A model generated the notes under the pieces. The model searched no databases, was not told the origin of the DNA, and saw only the letters and a program-made list of their open reading frames with translations. Below, in pieces: positions 43,002-57,379 of a stretch of DNA of 64,000 nucleotides. Numbering within the stretch: position 1 is the stretch's first letter; each line of letters starts with the position of its first letter. The DNA comes from the human T2T-CHM13v2.0 reference genome, Homo sapiens. Made by a program: the position numbers and the translations under genes. The stretch is from NCBI RefSeq assembly GCF_009914755.1, contig NC_060926.1; one strand, 5' to 3'.

Positions 43002-43514
43002 ATATATGTATGTATATATGTGTGTATATATATACACTATATATGTATGTATATATGTGTGTATATATATACACTATATATGTATGTATATGTATATATG
43101 CATATAGATAGATTTAGTATACGAATTGGCTCACATAATTATGGAGGCCCAGAAGTCCCACGGTCTACCATCTGTGAGCTGGAGAACCAGAAGAATTGGT
43201 GTTATAATTCAGCCCGCGTCTGAAGGCCTGAGAACTAGGAGCCATGTTGTCTGAGGGCAGGAAAAGACGGATGTTTCAGCTTCAATAGGGAGACTGAATT
43301 TGCCCTTCTGCTGCCTTTTCGTTCTGTTTGGGCCCTCAGTGGATGGGAGGATGCCTACCCACATTGGTAAGGACAATCTGCTTTCTCAGTCCATTGATTC
43401 AAATGCTAATCTCTTCTGGAAACACCCTCACAGACATATCCAGAAATAATGTTTTACCAGATCTCTGGGCATCCCTTACCCTAGTTAAACTGACACATAA
43501 AATTAACCATCACA
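42924..43514 (-). mobile_element. MLT2B-like ERVL LTR with an internal microsatellite
   Basis: cagggttctccagagaaacagaac...tgacacataaaattaaccatcaca. Confidence 0.92.
42966..43110. repeat. (TG)n plus a 37-bp TA/TG higher-order repeat
   Basis: Identical 37-mers at 43001-43037 and 43038-43074, plus a partial third copy. Confidence 0.95.
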
Positions 43515-44939
43515 CTTATCCGGAAGAGAGACTTTTAATTAGTAAAGGCTTCCCAGCATGCCCTCTGCAATGTGCCATTGTAACTTACCTCTTCTATCTA
43601 TAGATAGACCAGCATGTCCCTCCAGCAGAATTCTAAAGGGAATCCTTGCTTCTTAATTTTTTGTTGTTGTTGACCCAATATGCTTACAGCTTTCAGAATC
43701 AAAACCTTCAGGTTTATTTTATGGTGGGTTGTAAATGTTAGGCATCTACGGAGCCACACTTGCATTAAAAATAGGGCTATCACTCTGCTGTGAACTCAGA
43801 AAGGAGAAATTGCTCCACGCTGCAGGAGAGAGGTTCATCTTGCACATCTGAGAGTCAGAAGCAGTGGAGAATTGAGCTGTAAGGGGAGGGCCATTGTAGC
43901 ATATGCTCATGAATAATGAATCTGACATTATACGTATGCAAATGGAACAGAGTAAGCTCTAAGCTAAAACTTGGTTTCATCATTTATTCACGGCCTCTTG
44001 TGTTCAGCACCTGGATAGTGCTCAGGATGGCAAGAGAACAAAGCAATCTGCTTGCTGTGCTTGGGATAGAGAAGACCTGTACGAGGAAGCCAGATATCTG
44101 AGATGGTGTGATTTCTATCACAGGCTCTGAAGGTAAATGAAGGTGAACAAAATCCTAAAGGAAACACATGCTCAGCTGCCTAAAGAGTGGTCAAATGTGA
44201 GAGCTTATTAAGGCACAGAGTGACGATAATCGCTGAGGCTCAGGAAAATGAACAAAGGAAAGTTAGAGGCTGAATGTAATCCAATACATTTTGTGATCTT
44301 TACATGTTAATACTTAAATTTCCATGGAACAGACATCATGATCAATTTTATTCCCCTGGGAGAAGTCCTACCTTCTCTAGCCCTCTTGAGTTTTTCTTTT
44401 AGAGTAAACAATATACTTTTCTAATTCAAACATCAATAAAATAATTGCAGTTCTGGAGAGATGTGGGATTTGGATCATACAGGTGCTTGGATTTGATTTA
44501 CTTATTGTTTACCGGGCCAATCCTTAATTTCTGTCTCTTCACTAAGAAAGAATTGCCCATGAAGGGTTCTTAATAATGGAGGGACTGTTACTTCTATGAT
44601 TGATTAGGATTCCAGTGTAAATCTACAGCATTAAACAGGACCTGGGCCTAGTAACTGTCCATCTAAATAGCTGCAGAAAATAAGATGACTTTGGCTTGTT
44701 TTTACAAGCTCTGCAGAGAAAGATTTCAATTTTCCCTTATGTTATACAGTTATTTCCTAACAGTGACAGTTAGGAGAGTCTTCCTTGTATTGCAGACAAA
44801 TCTAAATTGATCTCAATGTAATAATATGAAAAAAATCTGTGTCAGCACTGAAAAATAGGAAACATTGTCATCCATATGCCAAAGGCTATGAGGAATTTCT
44901 GTAAGATGACACTGAATTGAGCAAAAAATAGAATAACCT

Positions 44940-45110
44940 GTGAGTTGCCCTGGCTGACATTAGAATTGCCTGGAGAGGAATGCAAAGCCCAGATGTCTGA
45001 GCCACACTCCCCAGTCATTTGCAGAAACTGGTCTGGAGTGAGGGCCAGGCATTGGTGTTTACAGTGTTTCTCAGCTGATTCTAATGTGCAGCCAGGATGG
45101 AGACCCAGTG
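44940..45110. mobile_element. MER5A1-like
   Basis: ccctggctgacattagaattgcctggag...tgattctaatgtgcagccagg. Confidence 0.7.
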
Positions 45111-46404
45111 CCCTAAATGAAGTTTGCTAGGAGGCTCTGGCTCAGAGCAGATGGGGCTGGGGTTGGGGCTGGAGAAAGTGGTGTACTGAGGGGCAGGGTA
45201 TGGCAGACTTTTGTCAGTCAGGGAAGTACACAAACGGGGCTGAAAGAAGTGACCCTGAGTGGGGATTCCCCACTGGTGTGCATTCTCAGCAGCTAACATT
45301 CAGTGTGGAGAGCAGCACCCTCCCCTCCAGCTTTTGGGAACAGAAATAGAGGAAGCGTTGCAGGCACAACGTCTCACATCAGCAGATCCTCTGGGTTCAA
45401 GGTAATGGGAAATTGGGCCTGGTGGGTGGGGAGGAACGTTGGGCCTGCTAAGGTGGTGGTAGGGAGCTGGGAGGGTCTCCTAAGGCAGTAGGGAGATTTC
45501 TCTCCAGGCCTGGCACCTGGAGCTGCAGCTGCACCTGCACCACATAGAGTGAAGCTGTCTAAGACCTCTGTTTCTCCTGCTCTCTTTGCAATGCTGAATA
45601 ATGAAAAAGGCAACTGGTGCTCAATCTAAACAATCAGCAAGAGGTCTGTATCCTGCAGACAAGCAGAACTTGAAAAGAGCCCAACCTCTGTGCATTTAAA
45701 CAAGCAGAACGTAATAAAGCCCAATTATAACGCAACTCTGTGCAAGCGCAGGATGTTGCTCTTTCCCTTTGGCATGCGGTGGACTATTTACCTTGTCCAG
45801 TTACTCTAGGATAATAGAAACTCCTCTGATCACTGAGAGTCACGAAGCAGTCTCATTTCGATACTGGGTAATAGTCAAAACCTCAACCTAATGCTTTTCT
45901 TCTTTCTTCTCTCTGCTCTGCTGGCTCCTTCGGCCTCACTCCCAGACCAAGAGGCTGGGGCAGAAAAGGGTATTCTTGACTGGCATTGTCATGACCTGGT
46001 GCTCTCCTGGCATGGCCAACATTAAAAGCCAATACTCTCTTTCCCAGGACATTTTCATGCCTTTACGGCAACTTCTCCTTGGCAGCACTGTACTGCATCT
46101 CTCTAGATGAAGGCGAGGCTGCTCCCTCCCTGCCTGCTTGCAATTTCTTCCTGTGTAAAACTCTTCAAGGGATCTCCCTGGAGCCACATTGAGATTGAGG
46201 AGTAAGGTTGTCACAGCACATTTGATACTTAGCTCTAGAGAAAGCCTCCAAATTCCAACTCACTCTTTAGCTGCTTCAGGTTCAACTCTTTTATTTCTTT
46301 TAGGTGGATGAGGGGCTAAGATTCAAAAATTCGATTTACAGACACCTTATAAGTCCTACTTGGTGGTCAGAACCCTGCTTTGGATTGCAAGGGTCATTTC
46401 CTCC

Positions 46405-46579
46405 AACACTGGCTTCAAGGACATATGACATTTGCAATTACACAGGCTCCTCCCTCAGAAGGGCCTGTGCTTGGATTAATGCTCTCCTGTTCCCATCTTG
46501 GACTTCTTAATACTTTTTGAAAAAGCAGCCCTGCATTTTCACTTTGGACTGAGTCCAGCAAATTATGTAGCTGGCCCTG
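46405..46579. mobile_element. MER91A-like DNA transposon
   Basis: ctcagaagggcc...ccctgcattttcactttggactgagtccagcaaattatgtagctggccctg. Confidence 0.7.
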
Positions 46580-46699
46580 GGTTGCCCCTATTAAACTGGG
46601 GCTTTTGCTGAAACTGAGATCAGTCTTATTTTAGCATCTTATTACACCTGTTTCTGGTGGAGATTTCAGGCCTGTGTAGAATTCTCATTTTTGAGTATG

Positions 46700-47255
46700 A
46701 GTAAATTGCAGGAAAAACCCACACACATCAATGTGGGCCCTATGAAAAGATTCTGAAACAGAAAAGAACAGAGCTCACAGGAGGCAAAGGAAGGACACAC
46801 TTGAAAGAAGATTTACCGTAGGAAACAAAAGTAATTTAAGGCAACATCTGCTTGTCCTTTCAATAAAATTCAATTAAGCCTGGATTCCATGAAACATGAG
46901 ATTAAAGATGAGATAAGACAATAAATATCAAAAGTAAACCTGCTTACAGGAAGATAAAAATTAAAAAGAAGCCGGATAGAAACTAGAATGATGACTTTGC
47001 AATAAAACATGAGTTGGCAGAATCTTATAATGTATTAGAAGAAGTAAAAAGTACAGTAGACCCTGCAGATAATTTCATCAGTAATATGGAGAACTAGCTT
47101 GAGAGATTCTCCAAATGTTGAAAAAAGGCAATGAAATGGAAATGACTATGGAGAAGAGGGAGATATTAAAGAGAGGCCATGGAAAGGAAGCACCCAGGTC
47201 AGTGGAGTTCCTCTAGGGAATAAAAGAACCAGTGGGACAGAAGCAATGTTCTTAC
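46700..47255 (+). mobile_element. HAL1/L1M ORF1-region remnant
   Basis: A-rich degenerate coiled-coil-type sequence (atcagtaatatggagaac...ggagttcctctagggaataaaagaacc); no intact ORF. Confidence 0.5.
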
Positions 47256-48741
47256 ACAATCCAAGATTGCCTGACTGCTTCCTGTGGGAACAGCCACATG
47301 GCAGGAGTAGGGGACCCTCAGGTTTTGTATTAAATAAGCCTTTCTTAAAAAGAAAAATGCTCACCACAAAATGAGGGATATTAAGGGGAAAGTTGGCTGG
47401 GTTTGTGGACTAACCCAAATCAAAACCCTTTTGATTTTGAAGGTATTTTGCTAAAGCTCCATGAATTGCCTTTCTGGTTCTTTCATCTTGTACCAGTCCC
47501 ACACATGGTTATAGAATATCCCTATCTTTCCCTATTTAGTGGCTCTATGCTTGTGAGGAGAGTAACAATGGCAATAATATCATTTATAGATATAATGACC
47601 AAGACTTTTACACAATGCTTTTGTTTATATTTCATTGGAACCTCTCAACAATGCTATGGGCACATAGCATAAATGGAAGTCACAGGCAAACAGATAGAAG
47701 TGTTAAGAGCAGGGTCCTGCTCTATCTGAGGGCATAAGTGGATATATATATGGAAGCCACTTAGAAAAGAAACATTTTTGGGAGTTTGGGGATGGTTGAG
47801 AGAAAGGATCTTCCATTATTGTGTTTTAGAGAATTAGTTGTCATGTACTTCTGTGATTACGTCCACAGGGCAAAGGACTTTTCACTTGAGGGGTTAGGAA
47901 TACTATAAACATGGCATCTGAATCCAGTGAAAGAGGACCAATAGACCTGTCTTGCAAAGAAATTCTATCATACTCTAAAATGTTGTAGATGCTATTTGGA
48001 GCCCTATATAGTCAGTAAAAAAAAATGCAGTTCCAAATATCTGAAGGCATTTTTTATAACCAATGGTATATTTTTCTTAATGGGCTTGCTATTATAGAAG
48101 CATATTAGAAAGATAAACAGAAAAGAATAGAGCTAGTTTATAAATAGAGGTAGAGATTTGATGATGTCAGAGGTAGTCATGTCAGATCCCATTTCCATAG
48201 TAAAAAAAAAAAAATGGGGTTTGGGCTAAATAAGAAATAAAAATGGTGACAGAGCATTTTCCTAGGCCGAAGTCGTGATATATGACAGGATGATAATGCA
48301 TTTAATGAATCATGAAATGCTGTAGTTCAGGAGTTCAGAAATACCAAACAAAACTACTATTTTCTTGCCTGTGGCAGACATTGCTAATCTATTACAGTAG
48401 TCTTTCTTGTTAAATGTAGACACAGCCTCCGAAACCTTTTTAACACAGCATGCCAAGCAGCCCCTATCAATGCATCAGGGCTGGTATCTAAGATGTCATT
48501 CCTAATCTAGTTCAGCCTTTTAAAGTTACTGAATCTCGGAAGGATAAAGTAACTTAAAGGTCACACAATCATTTGGAAGACCCTAGGACTATAACTGGGA
48601 TCTTTAATCCTCTAATCAATAATCTTTCTATTATATTATATTAGAATTTAAAACTGAGATAAATGCCAGGGTTTTATGATTATAGACCATGAGTAACTTT
48701 GGAGTGTATGTGTGTGCATCACTGTCTGATACGACTTTTTG

Positions 48742-48743
<2 letters not shown>

Positions 48744-48776
<33 letters not shown>
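48744..48776. repeat. (GT)16 microsatellite
   Basis: Perfect dinucleotide run. Confidence 0.98.
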
Positions 48777-48777
<1 letters not shown>

Positions 48778-48939
48778 TTATTATGGATCAAATGTTCTCT
48801 CCCAGATGCCAGAAATAATTTACAAATTATTTTGAACTCAAAATTTTTCCATTTTGAAATAGAAAACTTTCTCCCATTTTAAAATAACCAAAAATAAAGA
48901 ACAAAACCCCCCAAATCCTCTAAGCCTTTTCATGAATGA

Positions 48940-49547
48940 AGTCTTCCTCCAGCCACTGTTCTACCCCATCCCTCCCTCTCACCATGCTTTTTTGAAGTGA
49001 CTAAATTCACTTTGTCTACTTTCTTCATTTTTCATTTCTTCTTCAATCTCCTTCAACTTGACTTCTGACTCCAGTACTCCATGGAAATAGCTTATGAACA
49101 AGTCACTGATGACCTAATAACCAGATCCAACGGACTTTGGCCATTTTCATTTTATCGACCCCACAGTTGACCCACTGCTGGCTCTTGAAACCTTTCTTCA
49201 TTCCTTCCAGTGGTTTCTCTAGATTGTGCTTGTACCTCACTTCATCCCAGGTGCCTTCTCTTCTCCCCTGCATTTATCTTTGGCTCATAGCCTTCCTATT
49301 TTTGTGCACTATCCATACACAATATTATCTACTTTCATGATTTTAACATCCACCTACGTTGCAGCAACAGTCAAATCTAAGTCTCCAGTCATGAATTTTC
49401 TCTTGAGTTCCTGATTCATATATCCAAGAGTTTGATGCATAGTATACTTTGTTATTCCCTGGGCACTTAAAACTTATCACGCCACAAAGTGAACCACTCA
49501 TGTTCCTCTCCAAGCCCAAGAATATTAACTTTGGTGGTGGTGGTGGT

Positions 49548-49583
<36 letters not shown>

Positions 49584-49990
49584 CAGTCTCTTTTCATAGC
49601 ACCATCTTTTCATCTGAGCCAAAAATCAGAGAAAAAGCCTATATTTTTCTGTCTTCACAATTCCCTGCTTTCAATCTCTAAGATGTTAATTTATTCTCTT
49701 TAAAGTTTCTTGAAGTCCTCCTTGTTCAGGCCTTTTTCACCTGTTGCCTGAATGATATAAGAGCATGCTAACACATCCTATGGCCAGTACTGCTGCCCTT
49801 AAATCCTTCCTTCACACCGCAGCCAGGGTGGTCCCTCTCAAATCAATTCCTCCCTCATTACCTTGTAACCCATGACTTTGAAGGAACTCTCCTTTGCCCT
49901 CACAATAAAGTCTGTGTTCCTTAACGTGACCTCTGTGCCTTGGAATTACCTTTTATTCACTTTCCCTACATAATTTCTGTTTTCACTTTG
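48940..49990 (+). mobile_element. L2 body fragment containing (GGT)6(GT)15 at 49533-49580
   Basis: aagtcactgatgacc...cttgaaacctttcttc...ctactttcatgattttaac...tccttcacaccgcagccagggtg. Confidence 0.7.
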
Positions 49991-50408
49991 TGTGTTTGCT
50001 GCAGCCCCAGCAGCCAATCCTGGCTCCCACACTCTCACACTCACATTAATCTCCATCCCATATCCTTTCTCTCAAGTATTTTTCTTTGCCTTGTGATGTA
50101 CAGAGTTCCAAATATGTTATATGTGATAACGCAAACATAAGTAACTGCCGGAGACCCTAAACACTCTCCATAGAGACAAGCCTGCTTAAATCCCCTAAAC
50201 TACCTGGGTGTTCCTTCACTCCAAGCTTCGAGACCCCTTTACTGATAAGAGGAAGCAGAAGGTTGGTGGCAAGAACACCACCTGGGTTGAGCCACTGGCT
50301 AACTAGACCCTAAATTCCACATTTTTTCCCCTTTGCTCCAGAGTCCAGTGTGTGTCCGAAGGAAGGGAAACAGAATGCACTGAGCAGAGGCCCTGATGCT
50401 GGGACTGA

Positions 50409-51195
<787 letters not shown>

Positions 51196-51216
51196 AGTGG
51201 GCAATCTTTAAAATAA

Positions 51217-51903
51217 ATTAAAAAGTCAGGAAACAACAGATTCTTGAGAGGATGTGGGGAAATAGGAACGCTTTTACAATGTTGGGAGTGTAAATTAATT
51301 CAACTATTGTGGAAGACAGTGTGGTGATTCCTCAAGGATCTAGAATCAGAAATACCATTTGACTCAGCAATCCCATTACTGGGTATATACCCAAAGGATT
51401 ATAAATCATTCTACTATAAAGACACATGCACACGTATGTTTATTGCAACACTATTCACAATAGCAAAGACTTGGAACCAACCCAAATGCCCATCAATGAT
51501 AGACCTGATAAAGAAAATATGGCACATATACACCATAGAATACTATGCAGCCATAAAAAAAGGATGAGTTCATGTCCTTTGCAGGGACATGAATGAAGCT
51601 GGAAACAATCATTCTCAGCAAACTAACACAAGAACAGAAAATCAAACACCGCATGTTCTCACTCATAAGTGGGAGTTGAACAATGAGAACACATGGACAC
51701 AGGGAGGGGAACATCACACATCGTGGCCTGTTGGTGGGTGGGGGGCTAGGGGAGGGATAGCATTAGGAGATATACCTAATGTAGATGACGGGTTGATGGG
51801 TGCAGCAAACCACCATGGCACGTGTATACTTATGTAACAAACCTGCATGTTCTGCACATGTACCCCAGAACTTAAAGTATATTAAAAAATAATAATAATA
51901 AAA
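51217..51903 (+). mobile_element. L1PA7-like 3' end
   Basis: ORF2 end plus 3'UTR (ggggctaggggagggatagcattagg, gtagatgacgggttgatggg) and A-rich tail. Confidence 0.95.
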
Positions 51904-52034
51904 TGCAGCGTTAGTAGCTAAGGAGCCAGATCTTCTGCCAGTTGGCAGGGAGGTGTTGGACCAGCCTGAAGTAAAGCTTCTAATGGTCTGATGCCTTCTT
52001 GTCCTCCACTTGTTTAACTCCAAACAGACCTTTG

Positions 52035-52202
52035 AGTCCTTTCTACTCAAAGTGTGGTTTAGGAGGCCTCTACATTGGCATCATCTGGGATGTTGTAAGA
52101 CCTATATACTCTCCAGCCCCACCCCAGACCAATAAATCAGAATCTGCATGTTAACAGTATCTCCAGGTGATTCGCGGGTCCATGAAACTTTGAGAAGCAT
52201 TG
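52035..52202. mobile_element. MER5B
   Basis: ctactcaaagtgtgg...aatcagaatctgcat...ccaggtgattc...tttgagaagcattg. Confidence 0.8.
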
Positions 52203-52379
52203 CTTTAAAACACACTTAATACATCAGTTCCCCCAGCAGGGTTTGAATCTCCAGATTGTACAAACTATCCCTCAGTTGACCTCCCTATATCACCATGTTG
52301 ATTATTATTATTTAAAATTTTCTTTCTTAACCCATACTATCTAGAAAGAACTCACTTACTGTCTGCCTCTCCCTCTGGA

Positions 52380-52695
52380 TGAGCTCTGCCTAATAGAAAC
52401 ACAATGCATGTCCAAAATGCAAACTAAATACATACTTCTTAATTTTCTAGTAGCCACATTAAAGCAATTTAAAATAAGCAGGTGGAACTAATTGTAATTA
52501 TTTTATTTAACCAAGTATATTAAAAATACCATTTCAAATCTAGTCAATATAAAAAATTGAGACTTACATTTCTCATACTAAGTCTTAAGAATTCAGCGTG
52601 TATTGTACACTTACTGAACATCTCAGTTAGTAGAGTTATTTTTTCAGGTGCTCCACAGCTGCCTGTGGCTAATAGCTACTGTCAGACAGTGTGGA
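52380..52695. mobile_element. MER33, inserted in an L2 3' end
   Basis: aatagaaacacaatgc...ttttctagtagccacattaaa...gtggctaatagctac. Confidence 0.8.
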
Positions 52696-52799
52696 ACTGG
52701 AGTTTAAGGTCTTTGAAGTGAAGGCCCAAGTTTTCTTTCGCATTGAATTCTATTGTTGACCCCAGTTGCTGGGTATGTTTCATGTACTCAAGGAATTCT

Positions 52800-53365
52800 T
52801 TCATTCAACTATTTATTCATTAAACAAATATTGAGTGTCTAATATATACCAGGCACAGTTTTAGGCACTGTGGATACAACTGGGAACAAACGGACAAAGT
52901 CTCTGTCTTCATTACTTACAGGGCGAGAAAGGCTATTAACGCATATGCAAGTAATTACCTCATACGTTGGGTAGCAGTCTACCTTGAGGAGGTGACACTT
53001 GAGCAGAAATGAGCCACAGAAATACAGGAGTGAGTGGGAGGAGGGAGCATTCCCGGAAGAGGGAACGACAGAGTCAAATGTCCTGGAGTGGGCATGTGCT
53101 TGATAAACTTGAAGAAGAGAAAGGAGGGTGGTGGGCTAGAGTAAAGTGAGTAAGGGCGAGAGGGGCAGGAAATGAGGCAACAGAAGGATGCAGAGGCCAG
53201 GTTATGTTGGGGTTATATTAATGTCTTTGTTCCCTGTGTGATGGAAATCTATTGTAGGGTTTTGAGTAGAAGCATGATATGAGCTAGTGCAGGTGGTAAG
53301 AGGATCTCTCTGGCTCTTGGCGGAGAGTAGACTGTGGAGGGGCAGGAGGGAAGCAGAAATACTGG
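52800..53365 (-). mobile_element. L2
   Basis: attcattaaacaaatattgagtg...ccaggcacagttttaggcactg...gaggaggtgacacttgagcaga. Confidence 0.85.
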
Positions 53366-53699
53366 TTGAACTGAACCTGAGTCAGAACATATGGAGTCCT
53401 ACTCTTACACAGGTGTGTACAACCACAGCTTGTCTCTGGTTTCCTAGGGGAGTTTGCTTAGCTTAGGGTGAGGCATATAACATTCCTGGGATGCCTTGTA
53501 TGACCCATAGCACTGTGTGCCCCTTCAGTGTGCCATATCTAAGCTGTGTTCCAGGCAGCGCTTGACAGCTGTTTACCTATTCCTCAAACTTCTTATGTCT
53601 CATTGTTATGCTTGCTGACTGACATGCCATACTGTATAACTTAAGCCTGGGCAAGTCTAATTGCCATGCATTTTTCATCCTTTTAAAATTAAAGCAAGT

Positions 53700-53931
53700 A
53701 TATGTGTGTGTGTGTGTGTATAAATATATATATAAATATATATAAATAAATATATAAAAATAAATATAAATAAATAAATATAAATATATAAAAATAAATA
53801 TAAATATAAATAAATAAATATATATAAATAAGTATATATAAATAAATATATATAAATATAAATAAATATATATGTGTGTATACATAAACATATATATGTG
53901 TGTGTGTGTGTGTATGTATATATATATATAT
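53700..53931. repeat. AT-rich compound (TA)n/(TAAA)n repeat bounded by (TG)n
   Basis: About 150 bp almost purely A/T between two TG runs. Confidence 0.97.
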
Positions 53932-54319
53932 CCCATGTTATTTTATGAGGCTTTCCTGCTCAGCTGTCAGTTTGACAGCTATGGTTCTTCTCGCAGTACC
54001 AGAAGCCTGGGTGGTGTGAGGAAGACCCCCTTGAGGGCTGATTAAAATCCCTGCCTGTGTCACCTGCCTGAAACAGAAGCCTAGTGCCTTCTGCCGTCAG
54101 GCAAAACACTTCCAACACTCAACATGAGGCACTGAGTTTCATTCTTTGGAATGAAATTTAAACCTGCATCTGCTGTAAGGTGTTTGGAATTTAGCCCAGC
54201 TGTCAGATTAGATCTAACTTCAATCGTGGTGAAATTGTGAAGTCAGTAAAGTTTGTATTTGGTGTCCTCGGATTACTTCTACTACTAATGCTACACACAT
54301 CTACAATAAAAATAACCAC

Positions 54320-54550
54320 TGTCATCACCACCACAGCAACAGCTAACTTTTTCTTATGCCAGATGCTGTACATCCATGATCTCATTTAAACCTTTCAACA
54401 GCTTTATGAGACAGGTATTGTTATTATTTCCATTTGCAGAGGGGAAAATGGACACTTAGAGAAATAAATCACATGCCCAGGTAGCTGGAGTACTTGAGAT
54501 CCAAATTTAGGCCAGCTTCCCTGAGTCCACATTCTCAATTACTATGCTGT
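54320..54550 (-). mobile_element. MIR
   Basis: atctcatttaaacc...ttccatttgcagaggggaaaatggacacttagaga...tgcccagg. Confidence 0.75.
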
Positions 54551-54774
54551 GTGGCATCTAAGACTTCCTGTTTTTCTGCCTTGCCCATTTATTCAGTCAC
54601 TCATTGTACCATATCGTTAGTTCCCTCTGGGTCCTTCTGTTCATGGCCTATAAAAACTTACTGAAAGAAAAGAATGTTCTGACAAGACATGTTCTAGAGC
54701 CTGCTCTGTTGCCTTCATAGATCTTTTTTCCCATTACTCCTCTTAACTATTATTTTGCAGATAAGCATATAAGG

Positions 54775-55512
<738 letters not shown>

Positions 55513-55801
55513 TCAGAGGCCTAATGAGAGGATATGAATTTCTTCAAAGTGGAAGAGCTGCAATTAAAACCCAGTTAATTCACTTCTAAGTCTGGGTCTT
55601 CGTATTTCTTCAGTGACAAGTAATACTGAGGTGTTTTGAGCAATATTTGCAGGAGACAATGGTAAGTCATAACCCCAGGAATTTGCAGGAGACATAGTGG
55701 CAAGTCCTAACCTCAAGAAGCTACTTCTATCTACAGGTAAAACAAATTAGGCAAAAGAGATTCAGCAATAGTCCTGCTTTGGGGTTCCTAGAGAAGCTTA
55801 T

Positions 55802-55886
55802 ACTCTCTCTCACTCTCTGTCTCTCTCTCTCTTCCTCCTTCCTCCCTCCCTTTTTCCCCTCCCTCCTCTCCTCCCCACCCTTCCTC
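55802..55886. repeat. CT-rich polypyrimidine tract
   Basis: (CT)n/(CCT)n run abutting the L1MB 3' end. Confidence 0.9.
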
Positions 55887-57125
55887 TAAACAGCTTTGTT
55901 GAAATGTAATTTACATGTCATATAACTCATCTATTCAAAATATACATTTCAGTAGCTATTAATCTTTTCACAGAGTTGTGCAACCATCAACTCCATTTAA
56001 TTTTAGAACATTTTCGTCACACGGAAGAAACCACCCTATCCATTAGTAGTCACTCCCTATTCCTTCTTCCACTGAGACCCTGACAACTACTAGTCTACTT
56101 TCCACCTGTGTGGATGTGCTGATTCTGGATATTTTATACAAGTGGAACCACGTAATATTGACTCTATGGGTCTGGCTTATTTCATTTAGCACAGTGTTGT
56201 CTGGGTTCATCCATGTTGTAGCGTGTGTCAGTACTTCATATTTTTAAAATGGCTGAATAATATTACATTTTGTGGGTAGTACATTTTGTTTATTCATGCG
56301 TCAGTCGATGTACATTTGGGTTGTTTGCCATGATGAGTAATGCTGCTATGAACATTCATGTGCAAGTTTTTGTGTGAACATTTGTTTCCTGTTTTCTTGG
56401 GTATATACCTGGGGTAGGATTGCTGGTTCTAATGCCAACACTAGGTTCAATTTTTGAGGAACTGCCAAACTGCTTCCCAAAGCAACAGCACCATTTTGCA
56501 GACCCAACAGCAATGCATGAGGGTTCTAATTTCTCCACATTCTTTGCCAACACTTGTTATTGTGTGTCTTTATACCCACAGGCATCTTAGTGGGTATAAA
56601 GTAGCATTTTGTTGTGGTTTTGATTTGCATTTCCCATTAGGAATGGAATGCTCGGCTTTTTTCATGTGCTTATTGGCCATTTTTGTGCCTTCCTGGAGAA
56701 ATGACTATTCAGATCCTTTGCCAATTTTTAATTTATTTTTCTTTATATTATTGAGTTGTAATACTTCTTTATGTATTCTGGACACTAGACCCTTATCAAA
56801 TATATGATTTGCAAATGTTTTCTCCCATTCTTTGGGTTGTCTTTTCACTTTCTTGATAGTATAGTATCATTTGAAGCACAAAAGTTATAAATTTTAATGA
56901 AATATAATTTATTTTTTTTCCTTTGGTTGCCTATGCTTTAGATGTCATATCTAAGAAACAATTGCCTTATCCACGGTCACAAAGATTTATATTTTTGTTT
57001 TCTTCTGAGATTTTTGTAGTTTTAGCTCTGACATTTTGACCTTTGTTCTATCTGGGAATCGTTTTTTTGCGTACGGCATGAAGTAAGGGGCCAACTTCAT
57101 TATTTTGCATGTGGATATCCAGTTC
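55887..57125 (-). mobile_element. L1MB 3' portion
   Basis: aacagctttgttgaaatgtaatttacat...cacagagttgtgcaaccatc (L1MB 3'UTR) continuing into ORF2. Confidence 0.92.
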
Positions 57126-57129
57126 ATAC

Positions 57130-57379
57130 TTTCTTGTTCCAGGCACCATCCCTTACCTTTTCTCCTTTTTTTGTACCTGAATTATAGATAAGATGGCTAG
57201 AGATGCAGCAGCCAGCTTGTGACTATCAGAAAAAAAAAAAAAAAAAACTAACTAACAGAATTTTGGTGATTTGGGCATCAAACTGTTGACTACATTTTTA
57301 CTGTGTGAAAAAACCCCCAATCCATAATTGTTTAGGGGTTTCTGTTATCTTGCAGCCCAAAGCACTGCTCTGTGATACA
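57130..57379 (+). mobile_element. Old MLT1 LTR 3' part
   Basis: gatggctagagatgcagcagccagcttgtgac...tttctgttatcttgcagccc...gataca. Confidence 0.6.

Noticed and set aside
53577-53936. 119 aa I/Y/F-rich ORF
   Set aside because: Translation of an AT microsatellite
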